From NCBI RefSeq assembly GCF_024521635.1, contig NW_026250445.1:62001-126000 (forward strand): a DNA stretch of 64,000 nucleotides, given 5' to 3'. Position numbers and translations under genes: made by a program. The DNA comes from Tricharina praecox. Its lineage: Eukaryota. Each line of letters opens with the position of its first letter. The stretch's first letter is position 1. This document shows positions 1-13,256 of this stretch, piece after piece. The notes under the pieces are model-generated. The model saw only the letters and a program-made list of their open reading frames with translations. It had not been told where the DNA came from and searched no databases.

Positions 1-2242
1 TGTTCAAGAGTCATGATTCATCTGGCGATGGCGAGTGATCTGTGAGCTACCGTACCCACTCCATACACCTAATGCGTACATACATGAGGAGCAGTCCCAC
101 AATGGCAATCCAGGTCAGACCAAGTTCCTTTGACCTTAACCGACCACCATTCATTGCTGCTTCAGTACATCCGCCTTCCCGAACCAATGCCCCAAATGCT
201 GTCCCTGCAAGCGCAGCAGCGCAGGAGCCGACATCTCGGGAACCAAAAGTGCGCTTACTTCGCATACCTGGCATACCTGGCATACATACCACTGCAAGTG
301 CAGTGCAGTGCAGATCCCGCCGGCCCGCCTTCCGAGCTCCGCTATCACCCATACCTACTAGTATCTCCGCGTCGCCAATTGAATAATGCATTTACCAAAC
401 ATCGCCGGTGGTCAGTAGTCAGTGGTCACCGACTCATCATGCATGACGAAGGATCGTCACTCCCAAGTGCCTACGCCGAAGGTCCGAAGCGAGTGATCTC
501 CTATCAGCACGGGGACTGCCGGTTTGAAATTTGGATGCATTATGCTTCTGTGGGAATGGGTAATTCGCCGGACGAACGAACGAGCGAGCGGGTGATAGAC
601 CGTGGACGTGAGCGCAGTGACGCAGTTACGCAGTCATCATCGGTACTCGTTGTGCCTGTACCGCGAAGCCGGCCATTAGCCATGCAAAGAAGAAGGTCTT
701 GGGCTCTTAGGCTCTTAGCTCGGAGCTCGGAGCTGCCAATATCGAATATCGAATATCAAGTACATGAACCAAGTACTTTGTAGGCCACTCGGGTTCGTCA
801 TCAATTCTCCCTCCAGCCCAGCCCAGCCCGATGTGGGGCCCACAATGCACATTCCCTTTTCGCAGAGACCGCTTCGGTACATCATGATTCCAGATTTATG
901 ACATGGGTATTTAGAGTACCCAGGGCGGTATGCAGACGAAAGCAGCAGGTCAGATCAATCATCAGATGCGCGTACATATGCAAGGTTGCGCCTTTCGTCG
1001 CCGGAGATCTGCGTGTACCGTAGAAATTGTAGAAGATCGACAGTTGACTTTGGGCTTTGGGCTTTGGGCTTTTAACGCACCTGTTTTAACGTGCGGAGTG
1101 GGGGCGTTCCGATAGGTGGCAGACTCATGGTCTATTGAGTATTACTCGGGTATGTATGTTGCATATGTATGAACCCACCGACGCTGATGCGATGCGGTGA
1201 TGCAGTGATGCAGTGATGCAGTGATGCAGTGATGCATGGAATCATGTCTCATGAATTATCGATTACTCGACTTGTCACTTGTCACTTGTCACTTGTCACT
1301 TGCGGACGCCGCGTCGCCGAGGGAATTGTTATTCTGTCCTGTCCGTGGCGTGCCGATTATCCGAACTCTGGAGCTGAGCCTGGCGATTGTCTCAGACTCA
1401 CAGTCACTCAGTGGAATTCTCCAGGAAAATAAACGAAAAGACGGGCTTTGCAGGGTCGGTGGAAAAGTGCAGGCATGGGGGGGGGGGGGGGGGGGTGAGC
1501 GAGTGATGGCTGCGATGAAGTGATGAAGTGATGAAGTGATGAAGCTATTCCCTGCCGAAGGGGGACGGGGGAGGCATGCCTACCATACAACAAGGCTGCA
1601 GATAAACAAACAAGCCTCTTCCCAGCTATCCAGGGAAGCACAAATAGAACAGGATAGAATAGATGGTAGTCAGGCCCGGGCCCGCTCTGCTGGCCATCCC
1701 ATCCCATCCCGTAGCATAAGCCCCCAAACTCCAAAGCCCAGGCACCGCCCACACGGCGCAGGCATACACCATGCAATCCGCAAGGCGAGTCGCGACTACA
1801 CTATGCCATGCTATCCCATGCCATGCCAGCCCGACTCCCGAGTACCCGAAAAACGTGGAAGTCCGAGCCTCTGCGCCCTCGGCATTGTCGACCGTCGTGC
1901 ACGCCACAACCGCGACAACCCAGTCCAGTCCTGTCCGGTCCGTCGCGATGGCCGGTGGGAAAGCTGCAAGTTCCAGGGAACGCATCACGCATGTAGCTCC
2001 CACCGGCCGGTCGGATAAGATGGCAGACGCCTCACAGCGGTAGGTAAGGTTGCCTGTAGGTGGGCTGTAGGCAGGTAGACACGGACCGCCTACCGATGTG
2101 CCCCTCTGTCTCTGCAGTGTACATTTAACCTCCAAGTCTCGGTGAGCATGCTAGGTCAGGCCCCATGTAGTAACTTGTAACTTGTAAGTACTCTAGCGCC
2201 TGGTTTTACTTATGGATAGTGGGGAGTCTCCATAGCTACTAC

Positions 2243-2447
2243 AGTATCATAGTGTCATAGTGTCATAGTATCATAGTATCATGGTATCATGGTATCATAG
2301 TATCATAGTGTCATAGTGTCATAGTATCATAGTATCATGGTATCATGGTATCATAGTATCATAGTGTCATAGTATCATAGTATCATAGTATCATAGTATC
2401 ATAGTATCACAGTATCATAGTATCATAGTATCATAGTATCATAGTAT
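2243..2447. repeat. 8-bp microsatellite (TATCATAG / TGTCATAG / TATCATGG variants), about 25 units
   Basis: Directly visible tandem array agtatcat/agtgtcat/ggtatcat. Confidence 0.95.
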
Positions 2448-2677
2448 CTTGAATACCTTTGGACTTCCACGGACCACGGGCTGTGCGGCGTATCCACTTG
2501 GGCTTTTCGCGGACGGGACGGGACGGCGACGGAGGCAGGATGGGCTATGCGTTAAGCCGAGGTTTCGTCTTGAACTTTTGATGCGAGTGGCGAGCCGACA
2601 ACGGCGGGGGGCCGATTCGGAGGTTGAGGCTGAGGCTGAGGCTGAGGGCGTGAGGGCTTGCGATATTTTTAGATCGC

Positions 2678-2846
2678 CAGCATGGAGTGCAGTAACCGGC
2701 CGATGTCTTCGGATGATCAGACCGCCTTAGCATGGAGTAGAGTACCAGCCGATGTCTTCGGATGACCAGACCGCCTTAGCATGGAGTAGAGTACCAGCCG
2801 ATGTCTTCGGATGACCAGACCGCCTTAGCATGGAGTAGAGTACCAG
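2678..2846. repeat. 49-bp minisatellite, about 3.4 copies
   Basis: agcatggagtagagtaccagccgatgtcttcggatgaccagaccgcctt starts at 2729 and 2778, partially at 2827, with a degenerate copy at ~2679; no spacers. Confidence 0.9.
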
Positions 2847-4262
2847 ATCGCCTCCCCGCGTCCCCGCCAGCCGTCCGAGCCATTGGCTCCCCCGCCTGCG
2901 CACGGATGGTTGAAGGTTGCACCACAGAGTTATCGCTGCACCTGCAGACCCAAAGCCGCAAGGTTTCGGGCGCAGCCAGGAGTCAGGAGTCAGGAGCTTG
3001 GAGTCGGGACACGACCACCCGTTGATGGCACCGGATGCCGTGCTACCAGATGCCGTGCTACCGGACTGAAATCAAACCGTTGACGCGAGCATGCCGTGTC
3101 TATCTCACGTTCGTCCGTGTGCACCCAGGCACCACACGATTGACTGTTTGATCCTTTCCTCGTGTTCCTGAATCATGACCTCCGGTCAGCGCGGCGGGCG
3201 GGCGAAACCGTTCCGTGTATTTATAGGTACCAACCTCCCTGGTGTTTTGATGTAGTATGGAGTATGGAGTCACTCTGGAGTCACTCTGTCCAGACGAGGC
3301 GTTGAGGCGGATCCGAAGGTTGTCCCCAGCGCCCGGTGGGTGCTTCGGTGCTTCTGTGTGGGCTCACGGCGGCCGCGGTCGCTGTGTCTGACTAATGGTA
3401 CGTCTGCATGCATGGAAACGGAGGGGGCTGTACCCACAGGCTACCTACCGTACTGCTACTAAATGTGAACACTGTAGAGTACGCTCGGGATTGATGGATC
3501 CATGTGCTTCCTCTTCAGACCTTCGGCTCGTAAAGGTGTGGCCTGCGGGTGGTGGTGGGCAATTCGTATGAGATGCAATGTAGGCAGAGTGTGTGCATGC
3601 CCCCATGCCCCCATGCCCCCGCGACAATCAATTGCCTACCTGTGCCGCATCATGCCGGGGATGGGACGCACCGCGCACTACGTGGTCGGTGCTACTTACC
3701 AGCTATGCATGCGAGCGCTTTGTAAGTATTGGAAGCACTTGCTTTGGTACTCCACACATACACACACAGATACGTGCATCGTGCGGCGAATATTCCTTCC
3801 TTCTCGCAGCACGAGACAGTCTGTTCGATTCGGCATCCACCTCTGCGCATTGCACCCGCTCCGACCTCCTTCCTACCCCGCCGCCCTTCCTCCGCTCTCC
3901 GCTCGCCGCTCTCTCCTCTTCGTCGCCGACCGTGGCGACTATCGCGTGTCCTAGCATAAGCTCCTAGCACCACGGTAGTCAGCAGTTGGCGTTGCGGAAG
4001 ATTACTCGGCCCTACCCGCGCATTAGGCATTCCCTGCAGTCCCTGCATTCCCTGCATCCGCGGCCATGCCCTGCTCCCGAAGCGGTGTGGCTTGGCTCTT
4101 GGGCGAGCGAATCGGGCTTTGCCGGCTCCACGTGCGGTTAGCGCATTGGTCTGGGAGGGCTGGCATTTGCCGAAGCCTGGAGGTCGCCGGTGCAGCGGTG
4201 ATGTCAGTAACTGTGTGGTCGTCACGTGCTTGGTTGCCAAAAGCGGAAGGCTGGATTGGCTG

Positions 4263-4396
4263 GCCGGGCGGGGGAGGTTCGATTGCTTACGTTTGCTACA
4301 AAGTGGGGGGATTACTCGGTTGCCGGGCGGGGGAGGAGGTTCGATTGCTTACGTTGGCTACAGAGTGAGGGGATTACTCGGTTGCCTGGAGGGGGT

Positions 4397-4428
<32 letters not shown>
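4263..4428. repeat. ~60-bp tandem duplication followed by a long poly-G tract
   Basis: gccgggcgg..gaggttcgattgcttacgtt.gctaca.agtg.ggggattactcggtt occurs at 4263 and 4322; G-run at ~4401-4428. Confidence 0.85.
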
Positions 4429-4429
<1 letters not shown>

Positions 4430-5328
4430 GGAGGAGGTGGTGGGGGAAAACTTTAGAGGACGGCAGCACTAATGGAGAAGGATCCCATCCTACATGGCAG
4501 ATCCTACATAACCACCACCACTCTACTCTGCGTAGAGTAGGCACTACACGCATCACGCCTAGCTCGCATGTCGAATACCTAATCTGAACGATGGGCGAAG
4601 GCGAAGGCAAGACGCCTTGTTGCCAACCTACTCTATGCAGGAGACCGGCGTAGCTACCAAGTACTCTGGAGGTGGACAATCCACTCCGGTCGGCGTGCGG
4701 GGGGTTACCGGTCCTGACTCCTGAGGGCGAAGCGGCATGTATCATACTCACTTGCTTACATACTTCCGTCGGTACATAGTGCAAACCATACATACTGGTC
4801 CATGACCGGCGGCAGTTCTGTGGCCCCTCCCCTCCCTCGTGAGTCGCGAGGCTGTGTCGAATCCGCAAATATACAGCCTCCACGGTACAGGCCGGCCGGC
4901 CGGTAGGAGGTGGTGGGTCGGGTCGTCCAGTGTCCACAATGCGATGCACATCACTATATTCCGAATCACCGCGGCGGAAGACGCACCAAAAAAGGAAAAA
5001 ACAAAAGAAGAAGCCACGCTGCATGTAGGATCGATTGCCCGTTAGTTACCTCTTCTACATATTATTGTCGGCATGCGGGGGAGATGCAGTATTGATTGAT
5101 TGATTGATTTGTCGTTTTTGTTTCGGTAGATTACAATTACAAAACCCGCTCGCTGCCCTGGTCCCCCACTCTGATCCGCATTCCTTCCGTCCTGTCCGCC
5201 AGAAACTACCACCACCAAACGCTCGCTCGCTCGCACGATCGTACATACGAACGCACATACGCACGCACCCACGCTCTCCACGGTCGCTAACACACGACAT
5301 ACGGTTGCGACAAACAAAGGATATCAAT

Positions 5329-8300
5329 ATGCCTCCAGGACCGCTGGCAAGAGGCTGGACCAGCTACGAACGGATACCGCTTCTGTTCTCGCTATCGTGG
5401 AAAGACAGCAGTAGCAATAGCAGCAGTGGCGGCAACAGCAGCCGGACAGATTCACAGCAGTCGCAGTCCTCTCCTCGGAGCCTCTCGGACTCTCCCACCG
5501 CAACATCGTCATTCTCCCTCCTCCCCTCCACATCATCATCGCGGACTGGATGGCGGCCACGGACGCTGAAGCCGACGGCGCACATCCTCTTTGCTGCCAT
5601 GACGGTCGGCTTCATCGTCGGCCTCGAGGTCGTACTGAATGTTTCCCGCAGGAACGGCTCGATAACGTTTCTCTCGAGTAAGATTGTCGATATGGCATTC
5701 GACTATGTTCCCTTGCTGCTGGCTGTGGTGTACGGCCTTATCTGGGCCGCTATAGATCATGATGTGAAAAGGTATGTTACGGGCGTCGGAGACGGTGGGT
5801 GTGTATGTATCATGGGTGCATACTTATGCACATGCATACCCCCAGTGTGTGCAGCTAGCTGACAGGACTTCTGCTACTCCTCCAGGTTCGAACCGTATTT
5901 TCAGATGTCGAAACCGGGCGGCGTGACGGCCGAGCATTCACTGCTCCTGGAATACCCCTACACCTTTGCCGCGATCGCGCCGTTCATCGCGTTCAAGAAG
6001 CGGTCAGTCAGTCCCGCCCTCCGTCGTTGTCGTTTGGGAAAAGATCATCAATCGCTGACGCATCCATAGCCACTGGGAAGTCCTCTGTTCGGCGCTGATG
6101 CTAGTGATGATCATGTACGGCGTGACGCCCTTGATGTCCGCCGCGATAACCAAAATGGAAGTGACCAAGTCGGTGCACGTGCCGGTGCACTACGACGTAC
6201 TCCTCCCGGTGGAATCGCAGCGCGGCAACGTTTCCGCCGCCTTCGCCTATCTCGCCTATGCCCACCAGTACCTGGGCGGGTCGCTGCCGGGGTTCACGAC
6301 CGAGAATGAGGCGGTGCTGCCGGTCGTTCCGGGAGAGTCGTATTCGACGACGAGCGCTGTGGAAGATATATGGATCGTTGAGTCGACGGTCTACGAGGGC
6401 ATGCTGAACTGCACCCCTGGCATCATCGAGCGGGTGCCGGGCAAACTGGTCAATGAGACCCGCGTCAGCACTGTCGACCGCAGCTGTGAATTCATGCTTG
6501 CGGGCTGGGGCACGCACGAGGGCGTCGAGCGGTTCACGCCGTACACGAGTTTCTTCATGGACGGAAAGAATGCGGTCGGCAACAAGGTGGGCGCGGTGAC
6601 GTACGCAGCGAACTGCACGATGGAGAACTTCTTCGTGGCGGGGTGGGCGCGGAATCGAGTTCCGGACTCGGAGGCGGTGCAGGAAGTGTTGGTGCGTCCG
6701 GACTACACGCGGGCCGAGGCGATATTCTGCCATCCAGTGCACTCGCAGTACGAAGCGCAGATCCGGCTCAAGGCGGAGTCGCGACAGATCGTGCCGGGCG
6801 GGATCCGCCAGATGCGGGATAAGATCCCGTTCCATGGGCTCGAAATGGACTACTGGATGAGCCTGCTGGCCGGCAACAACATCTCCGCCACCACTGAGGC
6901 CTTCAACGTCTCCGACTCGCTCGCGCAGCTGCCGGATCATCTGTCGCGCATGCGCAGGAACCCCGCGTTTCGCACGCTCGTCGAGCTGTACCCCAACACG
7001 ACCGTCACCGACGCGGGGAATTACTCCTACTCCCCGCTGCCGATCAACGTCTTCCAGCCGAACCCAAAGTCGCTCATGGGCTTCGGCCTCACGACACAGA
7101 CGGACCTCGAAGACCTCTTCAACACGACGAACCTGATCGCGATGTACGACACCGCGTACCGTAAGCTCTTCGCGTTCGCCGTGATCTCGGAGCTCGCGAG
7201 ACCCGCCACCAACGGGGATGGCCGGCGGTTCGTGGACGAACAGACGCGGGTCCGCGGCTACGTCGCGGAAGCGGCGTGGTTCCGTGCACTGGAGGCCGCG
7301 CTGGGTATCATCCTCGTGCTGAACGTTGTCCTCGGGAAACTGGTCTACCACCGCAAGTTCAATCTTGCGGGGGAGCCGGGAACGCTGTCGGCTGCCCTTG
7401 CGTGTGTCGACTCGCCGGTGCTGGAGGTGTTTAGGGACTCCGAGTTTATGCGCCCCAAGAGGTTGGAGACGGAGTTGGAAGAGAGAGGGCTGCGGTATGA
7501 GCTGAGGGATCAGAAGGTCTCGATCGCGGCGGGCTCGGAGGGGGATGCCGAGGCGAGGGAACATGTTGACCTTGACCGCTCGAGGGTGACGCTCACCAAG
7601 CCGTGGGAGTTGGCGCTTGCTCTGGGGTGCATATCGATGGCGCTGTTGATCTTTGGCCTAGCATTCCTGTGCGTGGTCTACGTGAATAATCGGAGCAACT
7701 ACCCGCTGGGCTTCCGGGAGTCGGCGAACGGTTTCGGATACTCGCTGTACTCGTCGTACGTGCCGACCATCGCCGTCACCATACTCGAGTCGTATCTCGT
7801 CCTTCTGGGCGCCCAGGTCGCTCTGCTCTATCCGTTCAAACAGCTCCACCATGGAGGAGCCACGCATGTCAAATCGCTCTCCGTCAACTATGATCGCGCG
7901 CCTCCGCATCTGCAACTACCCAACGCCTTCAAGGCGCACAACCTCCTCCTGGGTGGCGTGAGCTTGTCGATTCTCCTGGCCAACATCCTCGCCGTCGCCG
8001 TAGGAGGTGTGTTCGACAAGCAAGTTGTGCGCTACGACCAAGGCTACAACGTGAGTACACGGGGGGGAGTCGAGACGCTGGACAACTTCAACGCGTCATC
8101 ACTGGCGATCAGCGATTTCGACGTGGACCCGGAGCCGTTCTATGCGGTGTTCGCGGGCACGCTGGGATCGCAGCCGCCGCGCCCATGGACCTACAACAAC
8201 TCGTTTTTCATCCCGTTCACGGACAACAATCCGACCAAGCACGAGGACAGCTACTGGGTCGAGTCGGTGGGTCTGGGCGTCGATATCGAGTGCCGCCCGC

Positions 8301-9562
8301 TGGACGAGGATCTCACGCAGGACTGGCATGGATATCTCGGCCCGCCAAACAACTACACCTATGAGATACTCACGCTGCGCGAGAAGAATGATACGTCGCT
8401 GGTGCTCACCGGCCCGGATACCCCGTGGGATGAGATACGGCATAATCAGAATAACTCCGACGGACTGGTCGACCATAGCCCGCTGTTCAGCGAGGCGTTC
8501 TTCACGAACATCTCGACTTTCCCAGAGGGATATGTGCATCTCCCGCCGACGCCGTACCCGCGCGGCCTCAACTCGTCCAACGGGACGATGGAGTTCTTCA
8601 CCTCATGGCTCAAGTACAAGGTAGAACCCCGCAACGTAACCGTTGACCGCCTTCTGGGGTTCAACGCCCCCCGCTCCATCCTCGGACAGACCATCTCGGG
8701 CCCATCGGCCTACATCGCGAGCAAGTCCATAATCTACTGCAACCCGCAGCCCCTGATCGTGCACGGGCTGGTCCAATCCGGAATCTCGGGCAACATCTCG
8801 GAAGCGCGCAACCTTACCCGCACCACGCTGCCGACGGCGGGTCTCACAGGGCTGCTCCAATCCTTCAACTCGATGATGCTGCGTATCGCGACACAATACA
8901 ACACGCCCGCGGAGCTGGCCCACCTCTCGCGCACCTTCTGGCCGCAAAACGCACTCAGCGACCCGCGCCCAAGCGACTGGATGGGGATGCTGGTCGCGCG
9001 CGCCTCCACCACCGGCTTCGACCCGTACGCGGACGCCGCCGCCAACGCCAAAGCCCTCTCGGAAGTGTACAAGACCCTCTTTGCGACGTACCTCCAGCTG
9101 AACTCAGACGCGATCTTTGCTGGCGCCATCCCCGCCGTCGTGCCCGCAACCCGGCAGCGCCACGAAACCCGTGTGGTAATGCGCCCGGTCGCGTTTTTCA
9201 TCGCGGTCGGAATCTTGGTGCTCATAATATTCCCTGCGATCGTGTGGACGTATGTAGCGCTGTACCGCGCGTTCTTGTGTCATGCCCCCACTAACCTCGC
9301 GGGGATATATGCGGCTGTATACGCCTCCCGCGCCCGCATGGATGTCCAGGGAACGGAGAGGATGAAGCCGATTCTTAGGGCGAGGACACTGGAGTTGCTC
9401 GGGTATAAATACAGATATGGCTGGTTCCTTGCGAAGGATGGTGATAGGCACTTTGGCGTCGAGAGGGAGGCGCTGTATATGTTCAAGCCGAGAGCTGTGA
9501 GTGCAGGCAGGGAGAAGGGGGAGAAGGGGGGAAAGGCGAGGAGTAAGAGTGGGAGTTCGTGA
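5329..9562 (+). CDS. DUF3433-family fungal multi-pass membrane protein, ~1350 aa; exons 5329-5771, 5886-6002, 6070-9562
   Basis: Introns GTATGT..CTGAC..CAG (5772-5885) and GTCAGT..CTGAC..TAG (6003-6069) join 'WRPRTL..FDYVPLLLAVVYGLIWAAIDHDVK-RFEPYFQMSKPGGVTAEHSLLLEYP..KKRHW' to the 1154-aa ORF. A second copy of the module 'YVPTIAVTILESY..LYPFKQLHHGGA..SLSVNY' and many N-glycosylation sequons follow. Exon lengths sum to a multiple of 3. Confidence 0.8.
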
Positions 9563-10753
9563 GTCCGCAGCCGAAACTCCGATGCCGACGACGCCGATCT
9601 AAGGTCACAGGGAAGTGGGAGCGGATCGACGGTGGATTTACGATAGAAGGGTCAGGGATGGGAGGTCATTTGTACGCTTTTTTGCACCAGCTGGGACGGG
9701 GGGAAAGACCGGAGGACGGGGGAGCGGGAGATGGAGCATTTCACTGGTTACGATAGTATAGACATGTTGTTTTGTTTCGGCGGGCGGGCGGGATCTGTTT
9801 TTGTTTTGTTTTTGTTTTTTTTTGTTTTGTTTTGTTGTGTTTGTTTTTTTGGCATGGTTTGTTTTCGTTTCGTTTTGGCGCGATTGTATCATTGTATGAT
9901 GTATCATTTGTATAGACACTGCACGGGCGTTCTTGAGGTTTTTTGTTTTTTTTGTTTTTTGGGGGCACAAATTTCAGGGAGTTCAGTTTACTCTAAGTAT
10001 GTAGTGCTCGCTTCGAAGATAGGAGTGCCTGTGATATGGTTGAGATGAGGAGATCTCGTGTTTCGTGTGTCGTGTTGTCGCATCGAGACTCGAGAGTTGC
10101 ACAGGGGATTATGATTCATCGTCGGTGCGCTCAGCTTTTCAGAAGTTCGAATACCACCCAGCCATGAGTACATACGTCTGCATATGCACATACCTGGTAC
10201 GGTAGTAGGTGAGGTGATCCTGGGACTTGGAAGGAGAACGGCGAGGATGAAAGATGATGGAAAAGTTGAGGTTGTATTCAATTTCGAAGAGTTGGTGCCA
10301 CTCAATCCGGCTACTAGTAGTCCGGCTCACACATCACTCGGATCCACCGTATCCTGACTATAGTACCTAATATCTCTTCCTCCCATGGTGGTAGACAACA
10401 GCAAGCCCATCGGATTATATAGGGTAGTAGTTAGCGAATACGAGTACTGTTGACCAAGGATCATCCTATGTATACACCGGCTGTGCATAAATACTGTATG
10501 AAGTAAGCACAATTGTTTCTCGAAACTCGCTTGTTCCACGAGCTGCACGGACCGGTCATCACTCTACTCTACTGCAGCGTTCACACTCTGAAGTAAGCAC
10601 GGTGGAAATAAGATCACCTGGAGCGAATATGCATCAGCACTCATATGCAGCTGAAGCGAGACGTCGCCGCGGCTGCCTCAACACCTCAAAAATGTGGGCG
10701 TGAGATTGCACGCAACGACGTTTAACTACTGCTCTATGCTGTTGAGCAACATA

Positions 10754-11379
10754 TCAGCTGACCAGCTCCGAGCCCGAGTCATCACCGAGACGCCAAGACC
10801 CACACGTGATAGCCTTCACCACCTCACACTGGTGTCGCACAACGAGGGAGTTGTCATGTACGGTGTGGGACGGCACGCCGGACTCAAAGAAGGTGGCTAC
10901 AAAATTCCAAAGTTACAAACACCAGCACTCGATCCAGCGGCGCGGAGGGTGCACGCAGATGGGCTAATACCCCACATCAGACCCCACTTCCAAGCCCACC
11001 CGCCCAGCAGGAGCTGCTCATCCTCGGTCCACCTCGCGCGGTCGCTCGGCGGCGCGGGCAACGCCGCCACCACGCCACAATACCAGCCGATCATGACTTC
11101 CACCACGTTCTTGTCCAGGCCCGTGGCGGCCGCGATCTCGCGCTCCGAGCGCCCGGCGTCGACCATCGTGCGAATCTGCTGCAGAACGGCATTGCTGGGG
11201 AACGTGTACGGATCCACGCCGGCCCACATGATCTGCTCGATTGCCGCGTCCGGAAGGCGGAGTTTCAGGCGGTGCGATATCGCCACCCATGTGTGCCCCA
11301 GTAGGCGCATCTTGATGATCTCGATTCGGTCAGGTGCCGGGGCCGGTGCCCGGTTCGGCCGTGTGGATTGGGTGCTCAT
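10754..11379 (-). CDS. Small putative DNA-binding protein (HTH-like plus Myb/SANT-like segments); exons 11379-10971 and probably 10896-10754
   Basis: 'IRTMVDAGRSEREIAAATGLDKNVV' is HTH-like and 'RARWTEDEQLLL..W..W' resembles the start of a Myb repeat. The ORF's TAG stop coincides with a plausible acceptor of a GTATTA..TAG intron that preserves frame. TATATAA lies ~140 bp upstream on the minus strand. Confidence 0.5.
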
Positions 11380-13256
11380 TGTTGATATGATATGTGCAAT
11401 TGGTCAGTGTTGGTGGTGAGAATGTATGTATGTAGATGTTCGTGTGTGCGTGAGGAATTGGAAAGATTTGGAGGGTGGTGATAGAAGGAAGGGTGGTCAC
11501 TCACAGAAAGGAAGGGTGATTTATATAAGTGCCGTCTAGGATTTTCTTCGTTGTATTCTGCCAGCCGTGTATCCATTGTATGTACACTTTTCTATGACAC
11601 TCGTCGAGTGACGGCCTGTGCAGCAGTGTAAATTGTAATCCCATGTCCGCTGTCAACACGGTCGGAGACAGTGGGGTGGAACTGAACGTGTGTACAGCCA
11701 TGATCTGATAAGATCGAATGCTATGATGGTTAAACAAATAAAAAGAAAAAAGTCCGCTCAACACCACCGCCAGTGAGCTCCGTGAGAATTGGTACCGACA
11801 CTTCCTTTGTTCCGACCACCGTTGTGGGTTGTAGGTGGCTGGTGGGCACAATGATGATTGCTACAAGCACTCAAGAGCAGGTAGTCAAAGGTGATTTGCC
11901 TGGAGTCACGCCGGATTATGGCCCAATGCACCGCTCTTCACCCACTCCACTCCTGATTCGTCCATTACCTATCCACATCGACGTCCAAAACATCACTCCT
12001 GGTATCATAGATCTAGACAATGTACCATCCAAAGATCTACATACACCAGAAACGCTGGCAGCAACAGACGTGAAGTGAAAAGTTTACCCCTCTACATACA
12101 TGCTACATACTGCTCAGAAACAGGTAGGTACCTTATGTAGCTCTCCGTGACATAAAACCAAGTTACGCTGCCCGAAACAGACATCACTCGCCTCCGACGT
12201 GCTCATCACGTGCTTATCACATGCCAGTCATCCTGAGCCAGCTCTCCCTTAATGGCGTTCATAACACTTTTGCAACAGTACTGTGAGACTGTATGCAACA
12301 TAATTGTTTTCTGGGTCTCTCTGACAAGCTCCGAACCAAAGTACGGCATCCAAGAAGTAGGTAGCCAAGTCCCACGTGACATCCTGTCTCCAGGCCACGG
12401 CACCAAGCTTACCACGTGACATATTTCCCCACCACGCCACAGTACTCTACGGCGGCGTTGCGCAGTGTTTCAAATTCCGCACACGCCTTACACCAGCCCA
12501 CGCGCATTCCATAGTAGATGGCGCACAATCGCGTTGGAATACCACCATATAGACGAACAGTCTGCGCAACGTCTCCAAATCTGCCCTCGAATCCATCGCT
12601 ATTAACGCCCTCGGTACATACGGATTTCCGGCGTCCAAATCATCCGTCTGCATTTCCCGCCGAGCTGGAGTCTGGATCTCCATGGATCGTTCCTCGCTCC
12701 GCGCTCGGCAACCCGGCTCTGCTCGCTCGCATGCGCTCGAACCCTAGCCTTTCATTTGCTTGACCGCCCCGCCCTAGACAGATGCAACTGGCGCCCGCTC
12801 ATGCGATTGGCCGAGCTCGCGCCCACGGACCTCTAGCGGAGTTCCCCATGCCCCATGCCCGACGACGCCGCTAAAAACGTTAATCTCTCGACCTCCCGAT
12901 TCGGTTGCTCATGGGCGATCGGACCGTTGGGTGCTTTCTTCGGGCTTGGGTTGGTGTAGGCGCGAGGGCCCGGCCGGCGGAGGTGCGTGTTTACTCTGGT
13001 TATTATCGACCGCGCTCCCCTCCCCTCCTCGAGTTCCCCTTCTTCTGAATGTTCCCTCCCCTCCACCCTTCACGACGTTATTCGACTTGCAGCTTTCTGT
13101 TCCTTCGAGGTTTCTTGCAGGCGTTCGTCTGCGTCCGTTCGTTACTTGGATTATCGACATCGACATTGGGATTGGCCAGTGTTTTTTTTGTTTTTTTTTA
13201 TCGTTGCAGCGATCAAAAAATCGGTGTCACGGAACTATCGGACGGAACCTACTAAC

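Noticed and set aside
2678..2846. 49-bp repeats as a CRISPR-like array
   Set aside because: Units are head-to-tail with no unique spacers, the context is eukaryotic, and no cas genes are present.
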